Of a stretch of 64,000 nucleotides of DNA, positions 19,797-32,360 are shown piece by piece. The stretch is from the NCBI GenBank assembly GCA_963803435.1, contig CAWDML010000004.1:1-64000 (forward strand), given 5' to 3'. A model generated the notes under the pieces. The model did no database searches. It saw only the letters and a list, made by a program, of their open reading frames with translations, and was not told the origin of the DNA. The translations under genes were made by a program, and so were the position numbers. The stretch comes from an uncultured delta proteobacterium. Lineage in GTDB: Bacteria; Myxococcota; Kuafuiibacteriia; Kuafuiibacteriales; Kuafuiibacteriaceae. Each line of letters begins with the position of its first letter. Position 1 is the first letter of the stretch.

Positions 19797-21131
19797 CTAA
19801 TCCTCGTCGGCCAGATAGCTGAGGATCACCTCGTCGAGAGAGCGCTCGACGACCACGATGTTCGGGCGCTTCGAGTCGGCGTCTGGATCCTGCGGTGCGC
19901 CGTCGACCTGGTCTCCCCACGACTGATCCTTGCCTGGGCGCCCGGAGGTCTTTTCGGCGCGCTCCTTCTTCTTACGTGCGATGTACTCCTGGATCTCGCC
20001 GGCGTTGACGTCGAGGAGCGTCTCGGCTTCGGGGGTGGCTTCGCCGTTGGCGCTGGCAGGTACGCGAGAGTTGCGCGTGGAGCTGGCGCGGCGGCGGAGC
20101 GCCAGATCGATCTGGGTCTCGCGCTCCGGGCGCGGCATGGGGGACGGCGTCCGCGGCATCCGGAAGCGCGCCACCCGGGGGTCGCTCTTGCGGGACGACG
20201 TCGGCGGGCCCACCTCCTGGGCCTTCTTGCGGGCCTGCTCGAGGGCGGCCTTGGCCTGGCCGAGCTGCTCCTTGAGCGCGGCGGGCAGCCCGAAGTCGAC
20301 CAGCGTGTCGGCGATCGGCGGGGGCTTGCGACCGACCTCGGTGGGGGACTCCGGTGGGGGCCGCGGCCGTCGATCGCGGGGGACACTGCTGTTGGCGGGG
20401 CGGAGGGTGGTGTCCGGCGAGGTCCGGTCCGGGTAACGGAGCCTGGGAAGGTCGACCGTGACGGGGGGCGGCTTTGGAGGTCGCCGCGGCGGGGCTCGCT
20501 CCGGCGGGATGGTGTCGACCAGATCGCCGGGGTCGAACAGCTCCGGATCCAGCGGCGGGAGCGCCCCTTGCTGATTGCTGGGGCTCCAGGGGACCTGCTT
20601 CTGGAGCTCCTCGTCGAAGACCTTGAAGAGGTCGTCGTCGTCGATCTCGTCGTCCTGGATCAGCGGGGTCAGCATCTCGACGATCCCGCTGGTGGGGCTG
20701 TGGTGTTGATCGGGGAGCTCGTCGGCGACCGGCATGGTCGCGCCTTCCTTGGGAAGTTGCTCCACCGACACCGGACGGATCGGCGCCTCCGCCACCGGCA
20801 CGGGCACCGTGTCCTCGGGGGGTGGTGGGGACGGTGTGTCGGCGGGGGACCCGAGGTACACCGCGATCCGATCGTCGTATTCGTGCTTGACCAGGTTCCG
20901 CAACAACCGCTTGTGCTGGTCCTGCATCCGGCTGCGGATCTGCTCGTTGCGCACGTCGTGATCGGGCTTGCCGTCGAGTACGTCGGCGTACGATGACTTC
21001 TCGATCGCGACGAGGTGACCCCCGATGAAAACCTGCGTCACGAGAAAGGGCTGACTCAGCCCAGTATCCTCAGTTTGTACGTGGAAGACCCGATCCTTGT
21101 ACCGAATGTTGTGGTTGAAGCCAGGCAGCAT
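19797..21131 (-). CDS. Hypothetical protein: small folded N-domain, long Pro-rich linker, acidic C-terminal motif
   Basis: 'GFNHNIRYKDRVFHVQTED' and 'ERSLDEVILSYL', motifs recalled from myxobacterial proteins. Confidence 0.7.
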   Translation of the reverse strand: MLPGFNHNIRYKDRVFHVQTEDTGLSQPFLVTQVFIGGHLVAIEKSSYADVLDGKPDHDVRNEQIRSRMQDQHKRLLRNLVKHEYDDRIAVYLGSPADTPSPPPPEDTVPVPVAEAPIRPVSVEQLPKEGATMPVADELPDQHHSPTSGIVEMLTPLIQDDEIDDDDLFKVFDEELQKQVPWSPSNQQGALPPLDPELFDPGDLVDTIPPERAPPRRPPKPPPVTVDLPRLRYPDRTSPDTTLRPANSSVPRDRRPRPPPESPTEVGRKPPPIADTLVDFGLPAALKEQLGQAKAALEQARKKAQEVGPPTSSRKSDPRVARFRMPRTPSPMPRPERETQIDLALRRRASSTRNSRVPASANGEATPEAETLLDVNAGEIQEYIARKKKERAEKTSGRPGKDQSWGDQVDGAPQDPDADSKRPNIVVVERSLDEVILSYLADED

Positions 21132-21221
21132 CGACGGCTGGGATCCAGAGTAGCCGGAGTCATTTGTTGTTGCCAGAGGGCCTACCCGATGCAACAGTCC
21201 AACGCTCTCCCGGGGGAAGTG

Positions 21222-21881
21222 ATGTCGAACAATCGCTCACGTCGATCCAGTTTTCCGGGTACGGAGCCTGCCCACGACGATGGCTTCGATCTCCCCGCAG
21301 AGCCGCTTCCCCCCGAACCGCGCGAGGTCGATGAGATCCGACCCGGCACGAACGCCCCGATCGTGCTGGTGCCCGTAGGAAAGCTCGAAGATAGCATTTT
21401 GGATCGTTTGCAGCCGGCGCTCGAGGAGACCTTCCGCCGGCCCACCACGGTGCATGGGCCCCTTCCGGTTCCGAAGTACGCCTACAACCCCACACGGAGC
21501 CAGTACCACTCTGCGGCCATTTTGAAGCGCGTCGAAACGCTCCGCTCCATCGAGTGGGACGCGGCGATCGGCGTGGTCGATGTCGACCTCTTCGTTCCGG
21601 AAGTACCGTTCATCTTTGGAGAAGCGGACCGGAGCACGCGCTCCGCCATCATCAGCCTGACCCGTCTCCGGCCGGAGAGCGGGACCAGCGACTCGAAGAA
21701 GGATCTCCTGCTCAAACGCCTGGTGTGCGAAGCGATCCATCAGATCGGCCTGATCCGCGGTCTCGCCCAGTGCCCGAACAACCGCTGCGTCATGTTCTAC
21801 TCGGCGACCGTTCAGGACACCGACAAGAAGGGCCAGAGCTTTTGTGCCAACTGCCGCAAGCGGTTGTTGGCCGAGTGCTGA
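21222..21881 (+). CDS. Archaemetzincin-like (M54) protein, probably non-proteolytic
   Basis: 'FIFGEA', Cys4 motif 'CPNNRCVM..FCANC'; HExxHxxGxxH replaced by HQIGLIRGLAQ. Confidence 0.8.
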   Translation: MSNNRSRRSSFPGTEPAHDDGFDLPAEPLPPEPREVDEIRPGTNAPIVLVPVGKLEDSILDRLQPALEETFRRPTTVHGPLPVPKYAYNPTRSQYHSAAILKRVETLRSIEWDAAIGVVDVDLFVPEVPFIFGEADRSTRSAIISLTRLRPESGTSDSKKDLLLKRLVCEAIHQIGLIRGLAQCPNNRCVMFYSATVQDTDKKGQSFCANCRKRLLAEC

Positions 21882-21902
21882 CCGCGTTAGGTTCCCGGCC
21901 CC

Positions 21903-22817
21903 ATGGTCCCCCCGGCGCAAAAGCGCAAGGCACTCGGTAAAGGCCTCAGCGCGCTGATTCCTCAGAAGCGTCTCGAGGGGCCTCCCGTCGATGGCGCGGC
22001 GGTGCTCGAGGGGCGAAAAGGCGTGCAAGCGGTCGGCATCGAAGAGGTGAGGCCGAACCGCCTTCAACCGCGCAAGACGTTCGACGACGCCACACTTCAG
22101 GAGCTGGCCGACTCGATCCGCGAGCACGGATTGATGCAGCCGATCCTCGTCCGGAAGAAGGGGACCGGCTTCGAGATCATCGCGGGTGAGCGACGGTGGC
22201 GCGCGTGCCAGAAGGCGGGCCTCAAGTCGATCGACGTCATCGTCAAAGACCTCGCGGACGAAGAGGTCTTCGAGTGGGCGCTGATCGAGAACATCCAGCG
22301 CGAGGATCTCAACCCGATCGAGGAGGCCGAAGCCTACCGGCGCCTGCTCGAGACCGGCGGGCTCACGCAGGAGCAGCTCGCGGTACGCGTCGCCAAGGAT
22401 CGCTCGACGATCGCGAACGCGCTCCGACTGCTGAAGCTCCCCGATGAGGTGCGGCGTCAGGTGATCGCGGGTGCCCTGTCGATGGGCCACGCGCGCGCCC
22501 TCCTCTCGCTCGAATCACCGGATGAGATGATCCGCACGGCGCGCGACGTGGTGAAGCGCGGCCTCTCGGTGCGAGAGGTGGAGCGCGCGGTTCGGGCGGC
22601 GCGCAAGGCACAACAAGAAAAGACCGACGGTGCGAACGAGGATCCGTTCGGGCAGCTTCCCGGCGGCGAGCCGGCCGTGAAGCGGGTGACCGAAGACCTG
22701 ATGCGCGTCCTCGCGACGCGCGTTCGGATCTCGCCGCAGGGTCGGCGCGGGCGCATCGAGATCGACTACTCTTCGCCCGAGGAGCTCGATCGATTGATCA
22801 CGCATTTGAAAGGATGA
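21903..22817 (+). CDS. parB: ParB/Spo0J chromosome partitioning protein
   Basis: 'LGKGLSALI', 'QPRKTF', 'IIAGERRWRA', 'ENIQREDLNPIEEA'. Confidence 0.95.
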   Translation: MVPPAQKRKALGKGLSALIPQKRLEGPPVDGAAVLEGRKGVQAVGIEEVRPNRLQPRKTFDDATLQELADSIREHGLMQPILVRKKGTGFEIIAGERRWRACQKAGLKSIDVIVKDLADEEVFEWALIENIQREDLNPIEEAEAYRRLLETGGLTQEQLAVRVAKDRSTIANALRLLKLPDEVRRQVIAGALSMGHARALLSLESPDEMIRTARDVVKRGLSVREVERAVRAARKAQQEKTDGANEDPFGQLPGGEPAVKRVTEDLMRVLATRVRISPQGRRGRIEIDYSSPEELDRLITHLKG

Positions 22818-22820
22818 CCG

Positions 22821-23250
22821 ATGGCAGTGTTGGGCGGGAAGCGAGAGGAGTCGAACGTGTCTCAACCGCGAATCAACCCGGCGGACGCGCACACCATCCT
22901 GGGGCGCGAGGCCAAGTTCTCCGGGAAGCTGACCTTCGAAGGCGCCGTCCGGATCGACGGCAAGTTCGAGGGCGAGATCTTCACCGAGGATCTCGTTGCT
23001 GATCGGCCCGGGTGCCGACGTCAGAGCCAAGCTCAACGTCGGGAGCGTCGTGATCAACGGGAGCGTGGAGGGTGACGTCGTCGCCAAAGCGTCGGTCGAG
23101 ATCAAGGCGCCGGGGCGTCTCAAGGGGAACATCGTGACCCCGACGTTGGTGATCGAGAAGGGGGTCACCTTCGACGGGACGTGCCGGATGTCCCAGGAAG
23201 ACAAGAAGGGACCCGCACCTTCGCCCCCGCCTGCGCCCTCGAAATCCTGA
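22821..23250 (+). CDS. Bactofilin (polymer-forming cytoskeletal protein), frameshift near 22997
   Basis: 'FSGKLTFEGAVRIDGKFEGEI' plus 'VINGSVEGDV..LVIEKGVTFDGTCRM'. Confidence 0.88.
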
Positions 23251-23390
23251 GGTTTCGATGTCTCACTGGGACCTCGAGGTCCCGTTGGAGAGCCCAGTCC
23301 TCGCCCATCTGGGGCATGCAGCCCTCAACGGTGGGCCAAAGCCGCAGTCATTGTTCCCTGGATCACACCTTGCGGCGAAAATCGCCCGCC

Positions 23391-25487
23391 ATGGAGCGCA
23401 GGGTCGAACGAAACCTCCTCACGATCGTATTGATCTCTGCCATGGGCGGTGTCCTGGCGACGCCGTCCTGCAGTAAGGACCTGCCGGCCGACCAGGTCGA
23501 CAACGACCACGACATGCTCCCCGACCAGAGCGAGGACCGCAATCAAAACGGGGTCGTGGATCCGGGCGAGACCGATCCGAACGCGGTCGACACCGACAAC
23601 GATGGGATCGACGACGACGCCGAGGTCTCGACCCTCGCCTGCGCCAAGGCCAACGATCGTCCGTTCGCCGTCTTCGACGCGCCCGGTGCGGACTCCGAGG
23701 TGCTGCTCGATGAGCGCGTGCGCGTCCGGCAGACCTTGCGCACGAGCGACAACAAGGCGCCCGGCGCGGTGTTCATGGATCCGGACCTCTCGGTCGCCGG
23801 CGTGTTGATCGGCAAGCGTCCGGCCGCCGGGGTGGCCACCCCCTCGGCGCAGCGCGACTTCGAGCGCCAGAGCGCCATCGCGCAGATCGGCCAGATCCAG
23901 AACCAGCAGACCCGCTCCTTCACCACCGTCCAGGGATACCTCGCCGAGCAGGCGCGCTTCACGGTCCGCGCGGCGCAGGCCACCACGGCCGCTCGCACGG
24001 CCAACGGGCTCGGCTCGCTGTTCCTCGGTGGCGTGCCGCTCACCGGGACGCTCGCCCCCGACGGTCCCTCCGGGGTCGACCTCCAGATCAATCTCCTCAC
24101 GATCTATCGCGGCCAGATGTCCGTGGTGCTGCTGGCCTCGGTCGTGGTCGGCGCCGATCCCACGGGCGACCAGCAGATCCGCGCCGAAGAGCTGACCGAC
24201 GGTACGAACGTCGCGCGGCACGGATCCTTCACGCGGCATGTCTGCGATCAGTTCGTGGCCTCGGAGAAGGCGGCGGCCGACATCCTCTGGGTCGTCGACG
24301 ACTCCGGCTCGATGGAGGACGACCAGATGGCGGTCCGCGAGGCGGCCGACGCGATGGCGGACATCCTGGGCGCGGCCCAGGTCGACTATCGGCTGGGCGT
24401 CGCCCGCACCTACGCGCAGAACCAGAACGACCCCCGGCGCGGAACGCTGGTGGGCCGGGACCTGACCCGCGATCTCGACGTGTTTCGCGATCGCATCGTG
24501 GTCGGTGCGCAGGGTGGATGGGAGCCGGGGCTGGCCGTCGGCCTCCGCGCGATCGAGAACCTGAGCCCGCCGACCCCGGTCGGCCAAGAGCTCCCCACCA
24601 AGCTGCGCCAGGACGCGGCGCTGATCGTCATCCACCTCTCGGACGAGCGCGATCAGGACGTCGAGTGTGCGGCCTGCGGCGGCTGCGAGGAGAAGGAAGG
24701 CTCACAGGACTTCTGCACCGATCCCGCAGGCCAGGCCGTGGTCGACGACTTTATCGAGCAGTACAACGCGCACAACGCGGTGACGTTCGCGCTGGTGGGC
24801 GACCTGCCGAACGGCTGCCAGCAGACCAGCACGCGCGACGACTTCGAGCCGGGCCAGGGCTACGTCGAGGTCGCGAACGCGACCGGCGGCAACTTCGGCT
24901 CGCTCTGCGGTGACATGAGGATGAACCTGGAGAACGTCGCGTTCGCGGCGACGGGCATCGCGAGCGCGTACCAGCTCTCGGCGACCCCGGCGTCCGCGAC
25001 GATCCGGGTGGCGGTCGGCCCGCCCGGTCAGGGCCGCGTCATTCCGCGGAGCCGCGACAACGGGTTCGACTACGATCCGGTGCAGAACAAGATCATCTTC
25101 TTCGGCGACTCGCGACCGCATAAGGACGACGAGGTGGTGGTGGGCTACCGGCGGTGGGACTGGGCGGGCAATCCGAACAGCCCGGCCGATCCCTGCGACG
25201 ACTGCTCGCTGGGATCGTTCTGCAATCCGGAGCTCGACATCGCCGACTGCCAGGCGATCTGTGGCGATGTGGTCTGCGACGCGGGCCTGGCCTGTCTGCC
25301 CGACACGGCCGGCTGCGGCAATCCGAACGATCTCCCGCCGCCCGGCGATGCGTGCGGCGGCTGCGGCGCGGGCCAGGTCTGCGATCCGGGCTCGGAGCAG
25401 TGCGTGCCGCCGTGCGAGCAGACGGGATGCTCGGCGGGGCAGGTCTGCAGCATGACCTCACACCTCTGCCAAGTGCCGAACTTCTAG
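23391..25487 (+). CDS. CglD-like lipoprotein (TSP3-like Ca-binding repeats, VWA domain, Cys-rich tail)
   Basis: Signal peptide + Cys; '[22 protein letters not shown]'; MIDAS 'VVDDSGSM'. Confidence 0.65.
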   Translation: MERRVERNLLTIVLISAMGGVLATPSCSKDLPADQVDNDHDMLPDQSEDRNQNGVVDPGETDPNAVDTDNDGIDDDAEVSTLACAKANDRPFAVFDAPGADSEVLLDERVRVRQTLRTSDNKAPGAVFMDPDLSVAGVLIGKRPAAGVATPSAQRDFERQSAIAQIGQIQNQQTRSFTTVQGYLAEQARFTVRAAQATTAARTANGLGSLFLGGVPLTGTLAPDGPSGVDLQINLLTIYRGQMSVVLLASVVVGADPTGDQQIRAEELTDGTNVARHGSFTRHVCDQFVASEKAAADILWVVDDSGSMEDDQMAVREAADAMADILGAAQVDYRLGVARTYAQNQNDPRRGTLVGRDLTRDLDVFRDRIVVGAQGGWEPGLAVGLRAIENLSPPTPVGQELPTKLRQDAALIVIHLSDERDQDVECAACGGCEEKEGSQDFCTDPAGQAVVDDFIEQYNAHNAVTFALVGDLPNGCQQTSTRDDFEPGQGYVEVANATGGNFGSLCGDMRMNLENVAFAATGIASAYQLSATPASATIRVAVGPPGQGRVIPRSRDNGFDYDPVQNKIIFFGDSRPHKDDEVVVGYRRWDWAGNPNSPADPCDDCSLGSFCNPELDIADCQAICGDVVCDAGLACLPDTAGCGNPNDLPPPGDACGGCGAGQVCDPGSEQCVPPCEQTGCSAGQVCSMTSHLCQVPNF

Positions 25488-25497
25488 GTTAGACAGG

Positions 25498-27118
25498 GTG
25501 CCCGTGCACCCTCTCGCAGGCAAACCAGCCCCGTTCGAGCTCCTGGTCGATCTCCCGAAGCTCCTCACCGCCTATTACACTCGCGCCCCCGAGCAACCGG
25601 TGGCGTTCGGTACCTCCGGGCATCGCGGCTCCTCGCTGAACGGGAGCTTCAACGAGCTCCACATCCTCGCCATCTCCCAGGCCATCGCCGAGTATCCGCA
25701 AGGCGACCTGCAGCGGGCCGCTGTTCGTCGGCAAGGACACCCATGCGCTCTCGGAGCCTGCGGAGCAGAGCGCCATCGAGGTCTTGGCCGCGAACGGCGT
25801 GGAGGTGGTGGTGGCCGCGGGCGGGGGCTACACGCCGACGCCCGTCATTTCGCATGCGATCCTCTCGTACAACCGAGGTCGCCGGGATCGGATCGGAGAC
25901 GGCGTGGTCATCACGCCCTCGCACAACCCTCCGGAGGACGGCGGGTTCAAGTACAACCCATCGCACGGCGGGCCGGCCGAAGAGGCGCTCACCCAGCAGA
26001 TCGAGGCCCGTGCCAACGAGCTGATCGCACGGCCGGATCAGATCCGGCGGTTGCCCCCCGCTCAGGCGCGCGCGTTGATCGCGGAGCGCGACTTCGTGGG
26101 GCCGTACGTCGACGCGCTGGCCTCGGTCGTCGACCTGGAGGCGATCGCGGCGGCCCAGCCGAAGATCGGCGTCGACCCGATGGGCGGATCGGGGATCGCG
26201 TATTGGGCGCCGATCGCCGAGCGGTACGGGATCGATCTCGAGGTGGTGAACCATCGCGTGGACGCCACGTTCTCGTTCATGACGCTCGATAAGGACGGAA
26301 AGATCCGGATGGACTGCTCATCGCCGTATGCGATGGCGTCGCTGATCGGGCTCAGGGATCGGTTCGACGTGGCGTTCGGCAACGACACCGACTTCGACCG
26401 GCACGGGATCGTCACCCGCAGCGCCGGCCTCTTGAACCCGAACCATTATCTGGCGGTGGCCATCGAGTACCTGTTCACACATCGCGGATGGCCGGCCTCT
26501 GCGGCCATCGGCAAGACGCTCGTGTCGAGCAGCATGATCGACCGCGTGGCCGGCCACCTCGGACGCGTGCTCTCGGAGGTCCCGGTGGGCTTCAAGTGGT
26601 TCGTCGACGGCCTGCTCCACGGTCGCTATGGGTTCGGGGGCGAGGAGAGCGCCGGCGCCTCCTTCCTCCGGCGGGACGGATCGGTGTGGACCACCGACAA
26701 GGACGGCTTCATCCTCGATCTGCTGGCCGCCGAGATGCTGGCCGTGACCGGGCGCGATCCGGGGGAGCTCTATCGGGCCCTGACCGAGCGCTTCGGTGAG
26801 CCCGTGTACGAACGGATCGACGCGCCGGCAACGCCTGCGCAGAAGGCCGTGCTCAAGAGCCTGTCGCCCGAGGCCGTGACCGCAAGCCAGCTTGCGGGCG
26901 AGCCCATCGTCGCCAAGCTGACCAAGGCCCCGGGAAACGGGGCGCCGATCGGCGGTTTGAAGGTGGTCGCAAAGAGCGGATGGTTCGCCGCACGCCCGTC
27001 CGGTACCGAGGACGTCTACAAGATCTATACGGAGAGCTTCAAGGGCCGCGACCACTTGGTACGGATCCAGGAGGAAGCCCGCGCCATCGTCTCACACGCG
27101 TTCGTTTCTCGAAGGTGA
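25498..27118 (+). CDS. pgm: Phosphoglucomutase, frameshift near 25700
   Basis: '[10 protein letters not shown]', 'TPSHNPP', 'DTDFDRHG', 'GEESAG', 'RPSGTE'. Confidence 0.95.
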
Positions 27119-27165
27119 GGACGGTTGCGTGGACTCCGGTCGCGCCCATACACTTGGCCGGCGCG

Positions 27166-28000
27166 ATGCCCGATCAGAAGAGGCCGGACTACGTGATGAC
27201 GGCGGAGGGTGAGCTCGTGCCCACCGGCGAGATCGAGCCGCTGGATCTCGAGGACCGCCCGCCGCCTGTGGTGGCGAAGCCGAAGATGGAGCTGCCCGCG
27301 TTCCCCCGATCACCGGCTGCGCCGTCGCCGCTTCCGCCGCCGGTGCCGAAGGCGAAGGTCGCGCCGCCCCCGCTGCCGCCGGAGGCGTTGGAGCTGGCGC
27401 CGCCGCGGATCGCCAAGCGCACGCCACCTCCGCCGCCGCCGCCCGAGAGCGGGGCGGCCGTCAGGGCGAAGGTCATCCCGCCAAGCCAGGCCGGGGAGGC
27501 CTGGAGCGGTGAGCGAACCCATCCTCACCGGGGCGCCGTCGGCGCCAGCGGCGTGTTCCCGCCCGAGGGACCGCCGGTGAAGGTGAGCTCCCTCGCTCTG
27601 CCGCTCGCGGACGATCTTGCGCTGCCGGCGAGCGCGCTGCCGCCGGCCCCCGATACGCCGGCACCGTCCCTCTGGGACGAGGATCTGTCCTCACCCGCCG
27701 AGGTCGAATCGATCATCCGCGATCAGAACTACCGCGTGGTGATGGAGGGCGTCGCGGACATCGATGGGGACGAGAGCCTCGAGAATCGCCGCGCCGCCGC
27801 CCCCGCCGCCGCCGGCCCAGCCCCCCGGCAGCCAGGACGTGCCCGTGATCCGAGGGACGGCGGTCGCGCCGCCGCCCCCCCGCGTGCCTTCGATGCGCCC
27901 GCGGGTGACCGGGACGAGCAACGGCGAGGATCCGTCCCCCCGGCGGAGCCCACCCCGCGTCCCGCTCCACCGCACCATCAAAGAGCGCAACCGCCGCTGA
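27166..28000 (+). CDS. Pro-rich hypothetical protein, probable frameshift near 27790
   Basis: Coding-like low-complexity ORF continuing in the frame of the 27764..28000 ORF. Confidence 0.45.
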
Positions 28001-28132
28001 CTCTGATCCGCGGTGCGGACCGGATCGCGCGCTCGACCGCGGACCATCGTCCGCAGTCGGCGGATATCCTCCGCGTCCGGACGTGGCCCGTCGCTTGCGC
28101 AAGTGGTGCCTCGAGGAGGTGCTCGCGCACTC

Positions 28133-29209
28133 ATGAAGATCCATCTGTTCACCCACACCCTCACCGCTCTTGCGGGCCTCGCGCTCGTCACTGCCTGCGG
28201 TGGACCCTCCAGCCCCGATGCCACCGAGATCGAGATGTCGTACGGCGCCGTCACCGCCGCTGACGAGGCGCCCTTTTTCGCCGACGAGCGCGTCGAGCGC
28301 GAGGACGCCGCGGATCGCGACGTCGACGAGCCCGCGGACGCGGACCGCGCCCGCGACGCCGATGAGATGCGCGCGCGGCCGGACGCCGCCACGATCGTGC
28401 TCACCGTCCGCTACGGGAACCTGGCCGGTCGCGATCGGGCCGCACCGGCGCGCTGGCCCTTCGAGGTGCGGACCGGCGGCGTGATCAGCGGCGTGCGGCT
28501 CGCCCTCGACGACGACGAGGACGGCGGCTTGACGCGCCTCGACGACGGCGTGTCGTGGCACTCCGCCACTGCCGGTGAGGACGACGACGGCGCCCGCATG
28601 CGCATCGACTACCAGCTCGACGGCGATCCGCAGCGCGGCGTCGCCCTCGACACCGACGGCCTCCACCTTCTGATCCCGTTCCGCGAGCTCGCCGACCACC
28701 GCAGCTTCCACCGCCTCCCGCAGGGTGAGGTCTTCGTGAGCGCGTATCGTGTGGCGCCGGATCGCGATCTGGAGCTGTGCCGCGGCGGCGTGATCCGGGC
28801 CCGCGTTTCGCCCCTCGGCGACGACGGCGTCGGTCGTTTCTTCGGCCTGTTCACGAACCACGCAGGCGATCGCGTTGGACACGTTCGCGGGATCTACGGC
28901 GTGCGCGAGAACGGCGACCAGGCGATCTTCGGCAAGATGATCTCCCGGAACGGCGCCTTCGAGGCGCGCTTCCGCGGGCTCTGGGAGCGAGCGGAGCCGG
29001 GGTTGCTGGCGTTCCGCGCGCGGCTCCACGCTCGCGATCACGACGCAATTGGCGTGGTGCGCGGGCGAATCGCGGACACGGACGGCCGCGGCGGTGTGAT
29101 GATGGCGCGCTGGGCGCTCGCGTGCGACGCGACCATCGATCGCACGGACCTTCCCGCCGACACGGACGCCGAAGAGCGCGCGCGCCCGTCAGCCGACGCC
29201 GGGGAGTAG
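28133..29209 (+). CDS. Hypothetical lipoprotein
   Basis: SD GAGGAGG; signal peptide with VTAC lipobox. Confidence 0.7.
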   Translation: MKIHLFTHTLTALAGLALVTACGGPSSPDATEIEMSYGAVTAADEAPFFADERVEREDAADRDVDEPADADRARDADEMRARPDAATIVLTVRYGNLAGRDRAAPARWPFEVRTGGVISGVRLALDDDEDGGLTRLDDGVSWHSATAGEDDDGARMRIDYQLDGDPQRGVALDTDGLHLLIPFRELADHRSFHRLPQGEVFVSAYRVAPDRDLELCRGGVIRARVSPLGDDGVGRFFGLFTNHAGDRVGHVRGIYGVRENGDQAIFGKMISRNGAFEARFRGLWERAEPGLLAFRARLHARDHDAIGVVRGRIADTDGRGGVMMARWALACDATIDRTDLPADTDAEERARPSADAGE

Positions 29210-29485
29210 CCGCAGATGTCACTGTGGATCATCATCCACAGTGGTGGTCTGAAACGCGCCAGTGTTTGCAAGTTGTGTTGACAGCCCACCTCATGTGACG
29301 AGCTCGTCCACGAATCGCGACAGACTGATGAACTGACTCGACTTCTTCGCGTGACCTTCGATTTACAGCGGGATAGCTCGTGAAAGGTGTGTCAGCACAC
29401 ATCCCCACTGCCACACATCGGCCGACTTTCTGACAGTGCGTAAGATGATGAGCGTCACGACGCCAACGCGGCTACCAAGGCGGAG

Positions 29486-30502
29486 GTGGCGCGTCGTTCG
29501 ACCCTCGCGATCGCGAGTCTGCTCGCGGTCGGCTGCGGCAGCAGGGACCGTCCGCTGGACGCAGCGGCGCGTGCGTCGCTCTCCGGACTGATCTACTACC
29601 AGACCCTCGACGAGCCCACGGTGGTCCGCCGCATCCGCCCGGACGGCGCGCAAGACCGTGCGATCACCGACGGCACTGCGCCTGCGTTCGTGGAGCCCGC
29701 CGATCGCACGTCGATCTTCCTGGTCGAAGCGGACGACGTCTTCCTGGCCAAGCCGGACGGGACCGACAAGAAGCCCCTCGCCGTCGCCGACGGCTTCGAC
29801 TGGTATCCTCGGCTCTCGCCCGACGGTCAGCGCGTGCTCTTCGAGTCGGCGCGCGCGTCGTTCCGCGATCTCTACACGGTGCCGCGGGCGGGCGGCGCGG
29901 TGACGCGCCTGACCGACAACCGCGAGGGGAACTTCGACGCGGTCTGGTCGCCCGACGGCAAGCAGATCGCGTTCTCGTCGAGCCGCTACGACCAGCTCGA
30001 CCTCTTCGTCGCCCGCGCCGACATGACCGACATCCGGCGGCTCACCCAGCACACGGGCGACGCCGTGAAGCCGGCGTGGTCGAGGCGCGGGAGCTGGATC
30101 GCGTACTTGTCGAGGCGCGACGGCGAGCAGGATCTCTTCGTCATCCGGGCCGACGGCACCGGGATCGACAATCTCACGCGCACGCTCGAGGGCGAGGTCA
30201 CCAGCTACGCCTGGCATCCCCAGGACGACGTGCTGGTGCTCGCCACCAAGTCGGGCCGGAAGCCGAGCGCGATCTACACGATCGACGTCGGCTCCCGGCG
30301 CATCGTCACTCTCACGGGATCGGATCATGACGATTCGGATCCCGACTGGTCTCCGGACGGCGGCCATCTCGTCTTTACGAACAAGACGAAGGGCAGGCCG
30401 GACATCTGGCTCATGCGGGCAGACGGCAAGCAGCGGACACAGCTGACGAGCTCTGCGCGCGGTGCATGGCTACCTCGTTGGTTCGAGGTGGAAGGAAGGT
30501 GA
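29486..30502 (+). CDS. TolB-like beta-propeller (PD40 repeat) lipoprotein
   Basis: Lipobox AVGC; repeated (W/L)SPDG motifs. Confidence 0.88.
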   Translation: MARRSTLAIASLLAVGCGSRDRPLDAAARASLSGLIYYQTLDEPTVVRRIRPDGAQDRAITDGTAPAFVEPADRTSIFLVEADDVFLAKPDGTDKKPLAVADGFDWYPRLSPDGQRVLFESARASFRDLYTVPRAGGAVTRLTDNREGNFDAVWSPDGKQIAFSSSRYDQLDLFVARADMTDIRRLTQHTGDAVKPAWSRRGSWIAYLSRRDGEQDLFVIRADGTGIDNLTRTLEGEVTSYAWHPQDDVLVLATKSGRKPSAIYTIDVGSRRIVTLTGSDHDDSDPDWSPDGGHLVFTNKTKGRPDIWLMRADGKQRTQLTSSARGAWLPRWFEVEGR

Positions 30503-30506
30503 GTTA

Positions 30507-32084
<1,578 letters not shown>

Positions 32085-32148
32085 GAGCGTGTAGCGCGTA
32101 GCGCTACCGCGAGCCCGGTCCGGGTCCCGGTCCCGGTCCCGATGGCGA

Positions 32149-32360
32149 TCATGCAGCCCGGCGTGCGTTCATCGACTTGATGAGGCGCGTGAGCATCTCG
32201 ACAACGCGCTTGAGCTTGGCTCTGGCGGCTTGGACCTTCTGCTCGTTGGGGAGTCGGCGCCTCAAGCAGGTGTGGAGTGAGGCGGCGCTTTCGGTGCCAG
32301 AGCGAAGTGCCATCCGGTAGAAGCGAGCCTTCTCAGGTGGATTGAACTCTCCGGCGCCCT
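32149..32360 (-). pseudogene. Four-helix-bundle protein C-terminal fragment
   Basis: 'GAGEFNPPEKARFYRMALRSGTESAA...VVEMLTRL'; 5' part replaced by transposase sequence. Confidence 0.72.
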
